A DNA stretch of 64,000 nt from an uncultured Planctomycetia bacterium (GCA_964354545.1 CAYHAE010000005.1:12414-76413), one strand, 5' to 3'. Numbered from the stretch's first letter, positions 9,318 through 20,148 are shown. Numbers and translations: made by a program. Notes: generated from the letters alone by a model not told the origin.

Positions 9318-10156
9318 GGGAACGTGACGGCGCGATGCTGTTTCGGATCGTGATGATCGCCGCAGAGGCCGGGGACGCTATAGCGGATGTGTACAATTCT
9401 GACTTTACGAGCGAGGAGAAGGCCGACGGATCGCCCATAACGCGTGCGGACAAGAGGGCATCCGAGATCATTTCGTCGGGATTGTCGGCCTGGTGTCCGG
9501 ATGTCCCGGTCCTATCCGAAGAAGGGGCAGATATTCCCTACGCCGTAAGGAAAACGTGGCGCCGTTTCTGGATGGTCGACCCTCTCGACGGGACCAAGGA
9601 GTTCGTGAAGCGCAACGGCCAGTTTACCGTGAACATAGCCCTCATCGACTGCGGAAAGCCCGTCCTCGGCGTTATCTACGCCCCCTCTCTCGATCTCTTC
9701 TACTTTGCGCAGGAAGGCGCAGGCTCATATAGGATGAAGGGACGGAAGGCCCTGGCGGGCTTGAAGAGCGTCGATGACCTGCGGTCGCGTGCGGAGAAGA
9801 TGCCCTTGCCGCGCGCCGACAGGCCTTTCACCGTAGTCGCGAGCCGTTCGCATCTTTCGAAAGAGACGCAGGATTGCATAGATGAGATCCGCCGCACGCA
9901 TGCCGACCTCGCCTTGGTGAACGTGGGGAGTTCGCTCAAATTCTGCATGGTCGCCGAAGGCGTCGCCGAGTTCTATCCGCGTTTCGGCCCTACAATGGAA
10001 TGGGATATCGCGGCGGGGCAGGTCATCGCCCAGGAAGCAGGAGCGACGGTGGCGGGGGGCGATGGCATGCCGTTACGGTACAACAAGGAAGACCTGCATA
10101 ATCCATGGTTCATCGTTAAAGCCGAATATGAGAGGGCGTATGAAGTTAAAAAATAA
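9314..10156 (+). CDS. cysQ: 3'(2'),5'-bisphosphate nucleotidase (PAP phosphatase)
   Basis: DPLDGTKEF, VVASRSH, GSSLKFC, TMEWDIAAG; ATGA overlap at 9314. Confidence 0.92.
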   Translation: MRERDGAMLFRIVMIAAEAGDAIADVYNSDFTSEEKADGSPITRADKRASEIISSGLSAWCPDVPVLSEEGADIPYAVRKTWRRFWMVDPLDGTKEFVKRNGQFTVNIALIDCGKPVLGVIYAPSLDLFYFAQEGAGSYRMKGRKALAGLKSVDDLRSRAEKMPLPRADRPFTVVASRSHLSKETQDCIDEIRRTHADLALVNVGSSLKFCMVAEGVAEFYPRFGPTMEWDIAAGQVIAQEAGATVAGGDGMPLRYNKEDLHNPWFIVKAEYERAYEVKK

Positions 10157-11138
10157 GAAGGTTCTCGTGACGGGCGCCTGCGGATTCATAGGGAGTCATC
10201 TCGTTGAGCGCCTGCTCGACGAAGGGTGTGCGGTGCGGGCGTTCGTATTCTATAATTCTTTCAATTCATGGGGTTGGCTTGATACGTTTCCGAAAGATAA
10301 ACTAAAAGAGATCGATGTCTTCCCGGGGGATGTAAGGGATCCCCATGGCGTCGCAGCGGCTGCGCGTGGAGCTGATATCGTCTTCCACCTTGCCGCATTG
10401 ATCGGCATACCATATTCATACCACTCCCCCGATTCCTGTATTGAAACGAATATCAAAGGAACGCTCAATATCCTCACTGCATGCAGGGATCTTGACGTAG
10501 AAAGGGTCGTCATCACTTCGACGTCCGAAGTTTATGGGACCGCTCGGTATACACCGATAGACGAGCGGCACCCTCTGCAGGGGCAATCTCCTTATTCAGC
10601 GACGAAGATAGGAGCCGATGCCATCGCAGAGTCATTCTATCGCAGTTTCGGCATGCCTGTCACGGTCGCACGGCCGTTCAACACATACGGTCCGAGGCAA
10701 TCCGCACGAGCGGTCATACCGACCGTCATTACTCAGCTTCTCTCGGGTGCCTCATCGATAAAACTCGGTTCTCTCCATCCCACGAGAGACTTTGTCTTCG
10801 TGGAAGATACCGTTGAGGGATTTGTGAAGATTGCGAAAGCGGACGCCGCCGTCGGTGAAGTGGTGAACATTGCCTCGCAGTCCGAAATATCGATAGGCGC
10901 GCTGGCGAAAAAGATCATATCAAAATTGAATCCGGACGCTAAAGTGATTGCTGACCCGGGAAGGGTGAGGCCCGAAAAGAGCGAGGTCGAGCGCCTGCTC
11001 GGGAGCAATAAGAAGATACGAAAGATCACAGGTTGGCGGCCCAGATATTCTATTGATGAAGGCCTTGACGAGACGATCGCGTGGTTTAAGGCCAGAGAAA
11101 ATTCAAAGTCATATAAGAGCGATATATACAATGTATAA
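10140..11138 (+). CDS. legB: NDP-GlcNAc 4,6-dehydratase, LegB-like
   Basis: VTGACGFIGSHL, YNSFNSWGWLD, HLAALIGIPYSYHSP, PYSATKIG, RPEKSEVERL. Confidence 0.8.
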   Translation: MKLKNKKVLVTGACGFIGSHLVERLLDEGCAVRAFVFYNSFNSWGWLDTFPKDKLKEIDVFPGDVRDPHGVAAAARGADIVFHLAALIGIPYSYHSPDSCIETNIKGTLNILTACRDLDVERVVITSTSEVYGTARYTPIDERHPLQGQSPYSATKIGADAIAESFYRSFGMPVTVARPFNTYGPRQSARAVIPTVITQLLSGASSIKLGSLHPTRDFVFVEDTVEGFVKIAKADAAVGEVVNIASQSEISIGALAKKIISKLNPDAKVIADPGRVRPEKSEVERLLGSNKKIRKITGWRPRYSIDEGLDETIAWFKARENSKSYKSDIYNV

Positions 11139-12237
11139 AGAGATATACCTAGACGCCCCGAGCGTCGGCGACCTGGAAAAACGGTACCTCAATAAGGCGA
11201 TAGACATGGGATACGTCTCGACCATAGGCCCGTTCGTCCGGGAATTTGAAGAGAAGTTTGCCAGATACCTGAACATAAACAGCGCCGTTTCGACGCAGAG
11301 CGGAACGGCGGCGCTCCATATGGCTTTATATGAGCTCGGTATAGGGCCGGGCGACGAAGTTATCGTGCCGGCGCTTACCTTCGTGGCGACGGTCAATCCC
11401 GTCATGTACGTCGGCGCGAAGCCGGTTTTCGCGGATGTCGATCTACGGACCTGGAACATCGCGCCGGAAGAGATAGAGAAGACCTTCACCAAAAGGACCA
11501 GAGCGATAATCCCGGTCCATTTTTACGGTAATCCGTGCGCCATGGATGTGATCAAAAAGATCGCGCGCAGGCACGGCCTCTATGTCATAGAAGACGCCAC
11601 CGAGAGCATCGGGGCGACGTACAAAGGCAGGCTCACAGGCACATTCGGGGATCTCGGGTGTTTCAGCTTTAACGGGAACAAGGTCATCACCGCGGGCGGC
11701 GGAGGCATGGTGGTCGGTAATGACAGGAAAAGGATTTGCCATATAAAATTCCTGGTCAATCAGGCCAGGGTCGAATCGAAGGGGTATTTCCACCCCGAGA
11801 TCGGCTTCAATTACAGGATGACGAACATAGAAGCGGCTCTCGCTCTCGCACAGATGAAACGACTGGAAGCGTTCTTATCGAGAAAGCGCAGGTTCAGGAA
11901 GATATATGAGGACGCGATCCGAGGTCTCGGATCCATCGAATTTCAGGAAGCGTATGAGGGTGGGGCAAGCTCTTTTTGGTTTACGTGCATTACGACCGGT
12001 GCGAAGTCCCATGTCGCCCTCCTTCAGAAGAGAATGAAGGAGAAGGGGATGCCGTCAAGAAGGGTCTTTATGCCCGTGACGGAATTTCCGCCGTACAGGA
12101 TATATAAAGATGATGACTACAAAAATTCGTATCATATTTACGAACACGGCCTCTGCCTGCCGGGTTCTACCCTGAACTCCGACGATGATATATACAGGGT
12201 ATGCGATGTGCTGAGGAAGGCGCTGAAGAAGATATGA
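11131..12237 (+). CDS. legC: DegT-family aminotransferase, LegC-like
   Basis: SGTAALH, EDATESIG, SFNGNKVIT (PLP lysine), GFNYRMTN; follows the legB-like gene. Confidence 0.75.
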   Translation: MYKEIYLDAPSVGDLEKRYLNKAIDMGYVSTIGPFVREFEEKFARYLNINSAVSTQSGTAALHMALYELGIGPGDEVIVPALTFVATVNPVMYVGAKPVFADVDLRTWNIAPEEIEKTFTKRTRAIIPVHFYGNPCAMDVIKKIARRHGLYVIEDATESIGATYKGRLTGTFGDLGCFSFNGNKVITAGGGGMVVGNDRKRICHIKFLVNQARVESKGYFHPEIGFNYRMTNIEAALALAQMKRLEAFLSRKRRFRKIYEDAIRGLGSIEFQEAYEGGASSFWFTCITTGAKSHVALLQKRMKEKGMPSRRVFMPVTEFPPYRIYKDDDYKNSYHIYEHGLCLPGSTLNSDDDIYRVCDVLRKALKKI

Positions 12238-12878
12238 AAAAAAAGATTATTCTGGCGGGTGGCGGCGGCCACGCAAAGGTCGTCATAGATGCCATCAATA
12301 AAATGGGAACGTATACGATATGTGGTATCGTCGATATCCGTATGAAAAAAGGGGAACGCGTTTCGGGTGTTCCGGTGGTTGGGGATGACGATGCCTTCAA
12401 GACAATTTTTAAAAAGAAGGTACGTCACGCCTTTATTGGTATCGGCTCGATCGGTAATTGCGACGCGAGGAAGAAGGTATACGGTAATTTGAGGAGTATA
12501 GGTTTTCAGTTGCCCATCATTGCCCATCCGAGCGCGGTGGTCGCTCATGATGTCGAGATAGGTGAAGGGACGTTCATCGCCGCGGGCGCAGTGATAAACC
12601 CGGGCGCAAAAATAGGAAAGAATGCGATAATCAATACCTCGGCATCGATAGATCACGACTGCGTGATCGGGAACTTCGTCCATGTGGCCCCGGGCGCGGT
12701 ATTGAGCGGGGGTGTCACGGTCGGTGATGAAACTCATATCGGAACCGGTGCGAGCGTGATCCAGGGGACCAGCATAGGGAAAAAGTGTTTTATCTCAGCC
12801 GGCATGACCGTATGCGAAGATATGTCGGACGGCGCCAAGCTGTCTCGTCGTTTTAGGCAACCAGATGACAAAGAATAA
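12234..12878 (+). CDS. neuD: NeuD/PglD-family sugar acetyltransferase
   Basis: GGGGHAKVVID, hexapeptide repeats, IDHDC. Confidence 0.8.
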   Translation: MKKKIILAGGGGHAKVVIDAINKMGTYTICGIVDIRMKKGERVSGVPVVGDDDAFKTIFKKKVRHAFIGIGSIGNCDARKKVYGNLRSIGFQLPIIAHPSAVVAHDVEIGEGTFIAAGAVINPGAKIGKNAIINTSASIDHDCVIGNFVHVAPGAVLSGGVTVGDETHIGTGASVIQGTSIGKKCFISAGMTVCEDMSDGAKLSRRFRQPDDKE

Positions 12879-13887
12879 AAGAATATTTATCATAGCCGAG
12901 GCGGGTGTCAACCACAACGGAAGCGTCGGCGTCGCCAAAAAGATGATCGATGTCGCGGCGAAGGCAGGGGCCGACGCGGTGAAATTCCAGGCCTTTAAGG
13001 CGGAGAAGCTCGTGACGAGGGCAGCGCCGAAAGCGCGATATCAGATAGAGAATACGGGCAAGGGCGAGTCGCAGCTTGAGATGCTGAAGCGGCTTGAGCT
13101 GTCTGAGGCAGATCACAGAGAGTTGATGCGGCATTGCAGGAAGCGCGGCATCGCCTTCATGTCGACGCCGTTCGATGCGGAGAGCGTCGACTTCCTGGAC
13201 TCACTCGGCATGGGCATCTTCAAGATACCGTCCGGCGAGCTCACCAATAAAGGCCTCGTCGAGCGTGTCGCCTCAAAACGCACACCGATCATCCTCTCTA
13301 CGGGGATGTCGTACCTCGATGAGGTGGCGAAGGCGATCGACTGGATCTACGGGGTATGGGGCAGGGCGCGTACGAGGATCGGGCTTACGCTCCTCCACTG
13401 CGTTGCGAACTACCCCGCGCGCATAGAGGACACGAACTTGAAGGCAATGGCGACGCTCAAAGCCGCGTTCGGCCTTCCCGCGGGGCTCTCTGACCACACG
13501 GTGGGGATAGAGATACCGATCGCCGCAGCAGCGCTGGGGGCGACAGTGATCGAGAAACACTTCACGCTCGACAGGGCCATGGAAGGCCCGGACCATAAGG
13601 CCTCGCTCGAACCGCATGAGCTAACGGCGATGGTCCGAGCGGTCAGGAACATAGAAGCCGCCCTCGGGTCCGGGGTCAAGCGGCCATCGGCCTCCGAGCG
13701 CAAGAACATATGTGCGGTACGGAAGAGTATCGTCGCGGCGATGGCGATCAGGAGGGGACAGCGTTTCTCCGAAAGGAACATTACGACAAAGAGGCCGGGG
13801 AATGGCCTGAGCCCGATGCGATGGGATTCGGTCATCGGAGAGACGGCGAGGCGGGACTTTGCGAAGGATGAATTGATCGAGATATGA
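12865..13887 (+). CDS. neuB: Nonulosonic acid synthase (NeuB/LegI) with C-terminal SAF/AFL domain
   Basis: IIAEAGVNHNG, ADAVKFQ, GLSDHT, IEKHFTLD, GPDHKASL, KRPGNGLSP. Confidence 0.93.
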   Translation: MTKNKRIFIIAEAGVNHNGSVGVAKKMIDVAAKAGADAVKFQAFKAEKLVTRAAPKARYQIENTGKGESQLEMLKRLELSEADHRELMRHCRKRGIAFMSTPFDAESVDFLDSLGMGIFKIPSGELTNKGLVERVASKRTPIILSTGMSYLDEVAKAIDWIYGVWGRARTRIGLTLLHCVANYPARIEDTNLKAMATLKAAFGLPAGLSDHTVGIEIPIAAAALGATVIEKHFTLDRAMEGPDHKASLEPHELTAMVRAVRNIEAALGSGVKRPSASERKNICAVRKSIVAAMAIRRGQRFSERNITTKRPGNGLSPMRWDSVIGETARRDFAKDELIEI

Positions 13888-15053
13888 AGAGAAAGATATG
13901 CGTCGTGACAGGCACGCGGGCCGAGTACGGGCTCCTCTACTGGATAATCAAGAGCATTCATGAGGACCCGAAGCTCGAACTGCAACTGGTCGTTACGGGA
14001 ATGCATCTCGTGCCCGAATTCGGTCTGACGGTCAGGGAGATCGAACGGGACGGTTTCCCGATCGCAGAACGCCTTGACCTTAGGCTCGTATCGGATACGC
14101 CTGCGGGGATCGCGACGTCGATGGGCGTCGGCGTGATGGGGTTCGCCAGAGCGTACAATCGCGTGAAGCCGGATATCCTGCTCGTGCTGGGGGATAGGTT
14201 CGAGATCCTGTCCGCCGCCGCAGCCGCCATACCGTTCAGGTTGCCGATCGCGCACATTCACGGCGGAGAAACGAGCGAAGGGGTAATTGACGAGGCGATC
14301 AGGCACGCGATTACTAAAATGAGCCACATCCATTTCACTTCTACCGAACTGTACAGGAAGCGGGTTGTGCAGATGGGCGAGGCGCCCGAGCGTGTTTTCT
14401 GCGTAGGCGCGCCCGGTCTTGATAATATTCATAAGTGCAGGATCCTGAGCAGAAAGAGATTATTTGAGGTGTTACATATTCCTCGATACACACGGATCGG
14501 CATCGCTACGTACCATCCGGTTACCCTTGATAGGAATAGTGCCGGGAGACATATTGGTATCGTGTTGGAGGCGATCAAGAGCACCTCGGGCCTATATTGG
14601 ATATTTTCCCTGCCGAACGCCGATACCGATAGAAAAGTTATCGCAGAAAAAATCAAAGATTTTTTTGCGCGATATCCGCAAAAAGGCAAGGTGGTCGCTT
14701 CGCTCGGACGAATTGCTTACCCGTCTATGCTGAGATATGCCGAGGTAATGATCGGCAATTCCTCTAGCGGCTTGATCGAGGCCCCGTCCTTCGGTCTTCC
14801 TGTCGTAAATATAGGAGATAGGCAAGCAGGCCGTCTACGCGCCGAAAACGTTATCGATGTCTCATCTTACAGTAGAGACCTGATCGCGCGTGCGTTACGA
14901 AAAGCGCTTTCCGGGAGATTCCGAAGTTCGTTACATGGAATGAAAAATCCATACGAAGGAAAGGATACGGATACGAGCAAAAGGATCGTCCACGTGTTGA
15001 AGACGATCCGCCTGGGGGAATCGTTAATCAAGAAAAGATTTTACGATCTTTAG
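13884..15053 (+). CDS. neuC: Hydrolysing NDP-sugar 2-epimerase (NeuC/LegG)
   Basis: TGTRAEYG, LGDRFE, HIHGGE, RHAITKMSH, GNSSSG. Confidence 0.93.
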   Translation: MKRKICVVTGTRAEYGLLYWIIKSIHEDPKLELQLVVTGMHLVPEFGLTVREIERDGFPIAERLDLRLVSDTPAGIATSMGVGVMGFARAYNRVKPDILLVLGDRFEILSAAAAAIPFRLPIAHIHGGETSEGVIDEAIRHAITKMSHIHFTSTELYRKRVVQMGEAPERVFCVGAPGLDNIHKCRILSRKRLFEVLHIPRYTRIGIATYHPVTLDRNSAGRHIGIVLEAIKSTSGLYWIFSLPNADTDRKVIAEKIKDFFARYPQKGKVVASLGRIAYPSMLRYAEVMIGNSSSGLIEAPSFGLPVVNIGDRQAGRLRAENVIDVSSYSRDLIARALRKALSGRFRSSLHGMKNPYEGKDTDTSKRIVHVLKTIRLGESLIKKRFYDL

Positions 15054-15251
15054 GCACAATCGCTGTCTATAGGACAGAACAGCGTTTCGATAAAATCAGG
15101 CTCTTTTTCAAAGACGAAAACGAGCAGCTGCTTTTTCAAAGGCGAAAAAGCTGATCAATTCAAGGAAGAAGATCGTTGCCGGCAGCACGCTTCGACAGGA
15201 GAGGAAGATCTCGAATGACACGCAGGTGTACATCAACAAAGGAAGGCTAAG

Positions 15252-16388
15252 ATGAGATACTGCAAGAAATGTGTAATGCCCGATACACGGCCCGGCATCA
15301 AATTTGATGAGCAAGGGGTGTGTTATCCGTGTCGCGTAGCGGAACAAAAGAAGAAGGTCGATTGGGATAAGCGTTTTCACGAACTGGAAAAACTATGTGA
15401 TAAATACCGAGGGAAGAAAGGCGACTATTATGATTGCATAGTTACCGTGAGCGGCGGAAAGGATAGCCATTTCCAGGTACATGTGATGAAGGAGCTTATG
15501 AAAATGAACCCGCTCCTCATCAATGTTTCTAATTTCAGCTGGACCGACACGGGTCGCCATAATTTCAACAACTTAAGCGACGTATTTGGGTGCGACATAA
15601 TCTCGGTCAACCTGAACAGAAAGCTTGCAAGGAAGCTTCTGTGGAAGGCCCTCGTAAAGTTAGGATCTCCGACATGGTACTGGGACAAAGCAGTGTATGC
15701 CTTTCCGCTGAGGATGGGGATCGATCTCAAAATCCCGCTCATCGTCTACGGCGAGAATGTCTCATACGAGTACGGCGGTTACCAGATCGAAGAGACTTAC
15801 AGCGCGAAGGACCAGATACATAATGATGTGGTAAAGAAAGTCGACTGGGACTTCTGGCTCGATGAGGACATAACGATGAAGGGCCTCAATGCCGCGGTCT
15901 ATCCGGAAGCAGAAGAGATCGAGAGGGCAGGCCTCGATCCGATGTATCTGGGTTACTTTATGTCATGGGACGGCTACAAGAACATGCAGCTCGCCAAGAA
16001 ATACGGGTTCAAGTCCCTCAACGATACCGGTGAGTGGGATAGAGAAGGATATGTAGAGGACTATGACCAGATAGACTCGATGGGCTACCTTGTCCACCCA
16101 TGGCTGAAATATCCAAAATATGGCCATGCGCGCGCTACAGACGTTGCATGTTATTGGATCAGGACAGGCCGGCTTACGAGGGAAGAGGGTATCAGGCTCG
16201 TTAAAGCGCACGACCATAAGCTTGACAAAAAGGCACTGAAAGACTTCCTGGAGTTCGTTGGCCACAGCGAAAAAGAATTCTGGAAGGTCGTGGATAAGTG
16301 GTATAACAGGGATCTCTTTGAAAAGGTCGATGGTCAGTGGAAGCTGAAAGACCCTATCTATAAGGATCTCGAACAGATATGCGCGTAG
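15252..16388 (+). CDS. N-acetyl sugar amidotransferase (WbpG/PseA/PtmG-like)
   Basis: MRYCKKCVMPDTRPGIKFD...C..C, PP-loop VSGGKDS, IVYGEN, KYPKYG. Confidence 0.88.
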   Translation: MRYCKKCVMPDTRPGIKFDEQGVCYPCRVAEQKKKVDWDKRFHELEKLCDKYRGKKGDYYDCIVTVSGGKDSHFQVHVMKELMKMNPLLINVSNFSWTDTGRHNFNNLSDVFGCDIISVNLNRKLARKLLWKALVKLGSPTWYWDKAVYAFPLRMGIDLKIPLIVYGENVSYEYGGYQIEETYSAKDQIHNDVVKKVDWDFWLDEDITMKGLNAAVYPEAEEIERAGLDPMYLGYFMSWDGYKNMQLAKKYGFKSLNDTGEWDREGYVEDYDQIDSMGYLVHPWLKYPKYGHARATDVACYWIRTGRLTREEGIRLVKAHDHKLDKKALKDFLEFVGHSEKEFWKVVDKWYNRDLFEKVDGQWKLKDPIYKDLEQICA

Positions 16389-16479
16389 AAGTTGTGTATC
16401 GCGGCAGTGCGCGGAGCCGCCAGGACCCGAGAACGAGTATGGTTTCGTATGTGTACTTTTCAGTTCCGGGCGACCCTGA

Positions 16480-17550
16480 ATGGAAAAGATGAAAAAATAT
16501 AGAGTCGGGATCATCGGATGCGGCAGGATGGGCTGGCTATTCAACGAAGATAATCTAGCCGCGCAGCCTATAAGTCATATAGCCGCGTACATGGCCAATG
16601 AGCGATTCGAGGTCGTATCGGTCTGCGATATCGATAGCGCGCGGCTGCGCAGGGTATCGATGAAATACGCCATAAGAAGGGCCTACGCCGATTATACGGA
16701 GATGCTCGCGCGCGAATCGCTTGATATCGTGAGCATTTGTACGCCCACGGCGACCCATTCAACGATCTGTGCGGATGCCGCACGCTCCGGGCTGCGGCTG
16801 ATATTCTGTGAAAAACCGATATCCTCCTCGTTAGAAGAAGCGGATAAGATGATCTCCGTGTGCAAAAGAAATAATGTGCGGCTTGTTATCAACCACACGA
16901 GAAGATGGGATACGAGTTTTTGCGCGGCCAAGAAGCTTCTTGAAAAGGGTGTGATCGGAGCGCCGTCTTTTGCCGCTTCATTTTCACAAGTGGGCCTGCT
17001 TAACGGGGGCACGCATCTTTTCGACTTGCTGAGGAGTTACTTCGGCGATGTCGAGTCGGTTTCCGGCACGATAATCCCTGACGAAAGCACCGATCCGGGC
17101 GGCAGGGGACTTCTTGATTTTGCAGAAGGCCCCGCCTGCTTTGTAGATGCATGTTGGCGCGAGTATGTACTTTTCGGAGTTGATATCTATGGCGACAAGG
17201 GGGTTATACGGGTGGGAGGTCGCGTGAGAAGCCGTGATGTGGTCGGATTGTTTATAGGTAAAAAGAGTAAAAACGAAAGCGGTATAAAAGAATTGGAAGC
17301 AGTGAGCTGTAAAATGCCAAAATGGAAAACGCCGATCCTGTGCGCCGTCGACAATATAGCGGGTAGCCTGCGCCGCAATGAAAAGATCGCGTGTACCGGC
17401 GAGGACGGCAGGGCTGCGCTGGAGATTGCGATGGCTTTTCATGAGTCCTCGCGGCGCAATGGGATCAAAGTTGCGCTACCGTTGAAGCGCAAAAACGTGA
17501 GTATTATACCACGCTACACTTCTTTTACTAGGGATGGCATGCTGAAATGA
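16480..17550 (+). CDS. Gfo/Idh/MocA-family oxidoreductase
   Basis: GIIGCGRMG, FCEKPI, NHTRRW, GTHLFDL. Confidence 0.85.
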   Translation: MEKMKKYRVGIIGCGRMGWLFNEDNLAAQPISHIAAYMANERFEVVSVCDIDSARLRRVSMKYAIRRAYADYTEMLARESLDIVSICTPTATHSTICADAARSGLRLIFCEKPISSSLEEADKMISVCKRNNVRLVINHTRRWDTSFCAAKKLLEKGVIGAPSFAASFSQVGLLNGGTHLFDLLRSYFGDVESVSGTIIPDESTDPGGRGLLDFAEGPACFVDACWREYVLFGVDIYGDKGVIRVGGRVRSRDVVGLFIGKKSKNESGIKELEAVSCKMPKWKTPILCAVDNIAGSLRRNEKIACTGEDGRAALEIAMAFHESSRRNGIKVALPLKRKNVSIIPRYTSFTRDGMLK

Positions 17551-18803
17551 GAGAAAAGCTCTTCATTCATGGCGGGCGGAAGGTCCGGTACGAAAATTTC
17601 GATTACCGTGCTCCGATCGGACAGGCCGAGATAAGTTCGGTTACAAGGCTCCTGAGGAAGAAAACGCTTTCGGGATTTTACAAGGATTTCTTAGGCGGTG
17701 AAAATGTGCAGAAGTTCGAGAGTCTTTTTGCAGAATATATCGGAGTAAAAAACGCGATCGCGGTCAATTCGGGGACCTCGGCGCTTCACGTTGCCCTTGC
17801 CGCGGCAGGAGTGGGCCCGGGCGACGAAGTAATAGTGCCGCCGTTTACATTTACTGCGACGGCGTCAGCTGTCTTGATGAATAACGCGATCCCTATTTTT
17901 GTCGACATCGATCCCGATACGTGGTGTATCGATCCCCGCAAGATTAAGCGTGCGCTCAGTAAGAGGACAAAGGCGATAATCCCCGTGCATATCTACGGGA
18001 AGGTCGCCGGGATCGAGGCGATAAAAAGTATCATTGCGGGGCGAGAGATCTCAGTAATAGAAGATGCATGTCAGGCGCCCGGGTGTACTTACCGCGGAAA
18101 GAAGGTCGGATCCATAGGTGACGTCGGGTGCTTCAGTTTTGTTGAAACAAAGAATATGGTGATCGGTGAAGGCGGAATGATCACCACCGATAATGATGAG
18201 ATCGCCTGCAGGTGCCGGCTGATCAGAAACCACGGCGAGGTTTGGACGAAGGACGCGCCGAGAGAATACCTCGCAAATATCCTGGGGTATAACTTCAGGA
18301 TGACTGAGATCGAGGCCGTGATCGGGATCGCGCAGTTGAAGAAACTCGATCGTTTGAATTCCATACGTAAAAGAAACGCCTCTTACCTCGAGGAGGGATT
18401 GAGCGCGTTCGAGGGGATCAGCGCCATGCATTTCGGGAAGAATGAGATCTGTCACCTGTTCCCGCTTTTGTACGACGAGGGGGCGGTCGGCATTTCGAAA
18501 GAAAGATTCATGGAGGTTATGCGGCTTGAGGGAGTTCCTCTTTCGGCAGGCTATCCGCACCCGCTGTACAAAAATCCGATATTTCAAGAGAAGATCGCAT
18601 ACGGTAAGCAAGGCTGCCCCTATACGTGCCATTTTTATGATACTGCTATTGATTATAAAAGAGTAAGGTGCGATGTCGCTGAGGAGGTGTGCCGAAAGCT
18701 CATATGTATAAGGCAGATCCATTATCCATACAGCGTGAAGGATATGGCCGATATCGTGGCGGGGTTCAAAAAAGTGTTCCATAATAGGGGGATGTTCCAA
18801 TGA
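17547..18803 (+). CDS. Second DegT/DnrJ/EryC1/StrS aminotransferase
   Basis: NSGTSALH, EDACQAPG, SFVETKNM, GEGGM, GYNFRMTE. Confidence 0.88.
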   Translation: MREKLFIHGGRKVRYENFDYRAPIGQAEISSVTRLLRKKTLSGFYKDFLGGENVQKFESLFAEYIGVKNAIAVNSGTSALHVALAAAGVGPGDEVIVPPFTFTATASAVLMNNAIPIFVDIDPDTWCIDPRKIKRALSKRTKAIIPVHIYGKVAGIEAIKSIIAGREISVIEDACQAPGCTYRGKKVGSIGDVGCFSFVETKNMVIGEGGMITTDNDEIACRCRLIRNHGEVWTKDAPREYLANILGYNFRMTEIEAVIGIAQLKKLDRLNSIRKRNASYLEEGLSAFEGISAMHFGKNEICHLFPLLYDEGAVGISKERFMEVMRLEGVPLSAGYPHPLYKNPIFQEKIAYGKQGCPYTCHFYDTAIDYKRVRCDVAEEVCRKLICIRQIHYPYSVKDMADIVAGFKKVFHNRGMFQ

Positions 18804-19567
18804 TCCGTTCATTGAATGTTGTTGCAGTGATCCCGGCACGCGGCGGGTCCAAAGGCCTGCCGGGAAAGAACGTGATCGATCTATGCGGTAAGCCCCTGAT
18901 CGCATATACGATAGAGGCGGCGCTCCAAAGCAAGTACATAGACAGGGTGGTCGTATCCACCGATGCGCCTCACATCGCGAAGATCGCCAGGAGATATGGC
19001 GCTGAGGTCCCGTTCTTGAGACCGCGCTCGCTCGCTCTCGATACCGCACATACGCCGCCTGTGATCATTCACGCGATCCGATTCCTTGAAAAACATTCTT
19101 ACGGCGTAGACATCGTCGTTACCTTACAGCCGACCTCTCCCTTAAGAGAATCGAGACAGATCGATCAGGCGATCGAAAGGTTAGTCACGTCAAGGTGCGG
19201 CTCTGTCGCAAGCGCAAAGCCTGCGGAATATCCTCCGTATTGGCTCGTGAAGATCAGGGGCCATAAGGCGATCCCGTTTGTAAACGACGGGGTTAATTAT
19301 TTCAATAAAGAACGTCAACAGTTGCCCAAGACCTATCAGCTTAATGGCGCAATCTATGTTACAAGAAAGAATCGCCTTCTCGAAAGCGGGAATATTATAA
19401 CCGAGCGTTGCGGGATCGTGCTCATGGATGACATAACATCATCGGATATCGACACCTATAGTGATCTTGAAAAGATAGCGGGTATCGTAAAGAAAAGGAG
19501 AAGCCGATATCGCGGGTGTCTGTCCAGAAGATCGGGAACCGGAGGGAAAAGCGCATGGGGAAAATAA
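18800..19567 (+). CDS. neuA: CMP-nonulosonic acid synthetase (NeuA/LegF-like)
   Basis: IPARGGSKGLPGKN, LQPTSPLR, NGAIY, DIDT. Confidence 0.88.
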   Translation: MIRSLNVVAVIPARGGSKGLPGKNVIDLCGKPLIAYTIEAALQSKYIDRVVVSTDAPHIAKIARRYGAEVPFLRPRSLALDTAHTPPVIIHAIRFLEKHSYGVDIVVTLQPTSPLRESRQIDQAIERLVTSRCGSVASAKPAEYPPYWLVKIRGHKAIPFVNDGVNYFNKERQQLPKTYQLNGAIYVTRKNRLLESGNIITERCGIVLMDDITSSDIDTYSDLEKIAGIVKKRRSRYRGCLSRRSGTGGKSAWGK

Positions 19568-20130
19568 GGAATCCAGGGTACTGCTATTTTTACACCGGAA
19601 AACGTGTCTGTCTGCGCGGCATTGAAAGAGAGGACTACACCGAACGTATGTACAGATGGGCGAACGATCCCGATTTTAATCGTTATCTGAGCTATGGCTC
19701 AAGGCCCCAGACCGCGAGAACGATGGAAAAGCTTTTTGACGACCTTGTGAACAAAGAAAATACGATCTTCGCGATCGACGATAAAAGAACAAGGAAGACA
19801 ATAGGGTTGGTGGGCCTTCATCAGATCAATTGGCCGGCCCGATCAGCAGAATATACGATCCATCTTGGAGAGAAGAGATTCTGGGGGAAAGGCGCGGCCG
19901 CAGAGGCAACCGACCGCATACTTTACTATGCCTTCCACACGCTTAATCTCCATAAGGTCTGGCTAGGTGTCAATGAGGCAAATCGAAGGGCGGTCGCGTT
20001 CTATAAGAAAAAAGGATTCGTGACCGAAGGAAAACTGCGGGATGAGATCTTTCGGGAAAATAGCTACTTTGACTCCATACGGATGAGCATGCTCAAAAAT
20101 GAATATGAGATGCGATACATGAGAAAGTAA
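19555..20130 (+). CDS. RimJ/PseH-like GNAT N-acetyltransferase
   Basis: FWGKGAAAEA, LNLHKVWLGV, NRRAVAFYKKKGF; ATG 19555 after GGAGG. Confidence 0.8.
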   Translation: MGKIRNPGYCYFYTGKRVCLRGIEREDYTERMYRWANDPDFNRYLSYGSRPQTARTMEKLFDDLVNKENTIFAIDDKRTRKTIGLVGLHQINWPARSAEYTIHLGEKRFWGKGAAAEATDRILYYAFHTLNLHKVWLGVNEANRRAVAFYKKKGFVTEGKLRDEIFRENSYFDSIRMSMLKNEYEMRYMRK

Positions 20131-20148
20131 CTGCCGGGGGTTTATCCG

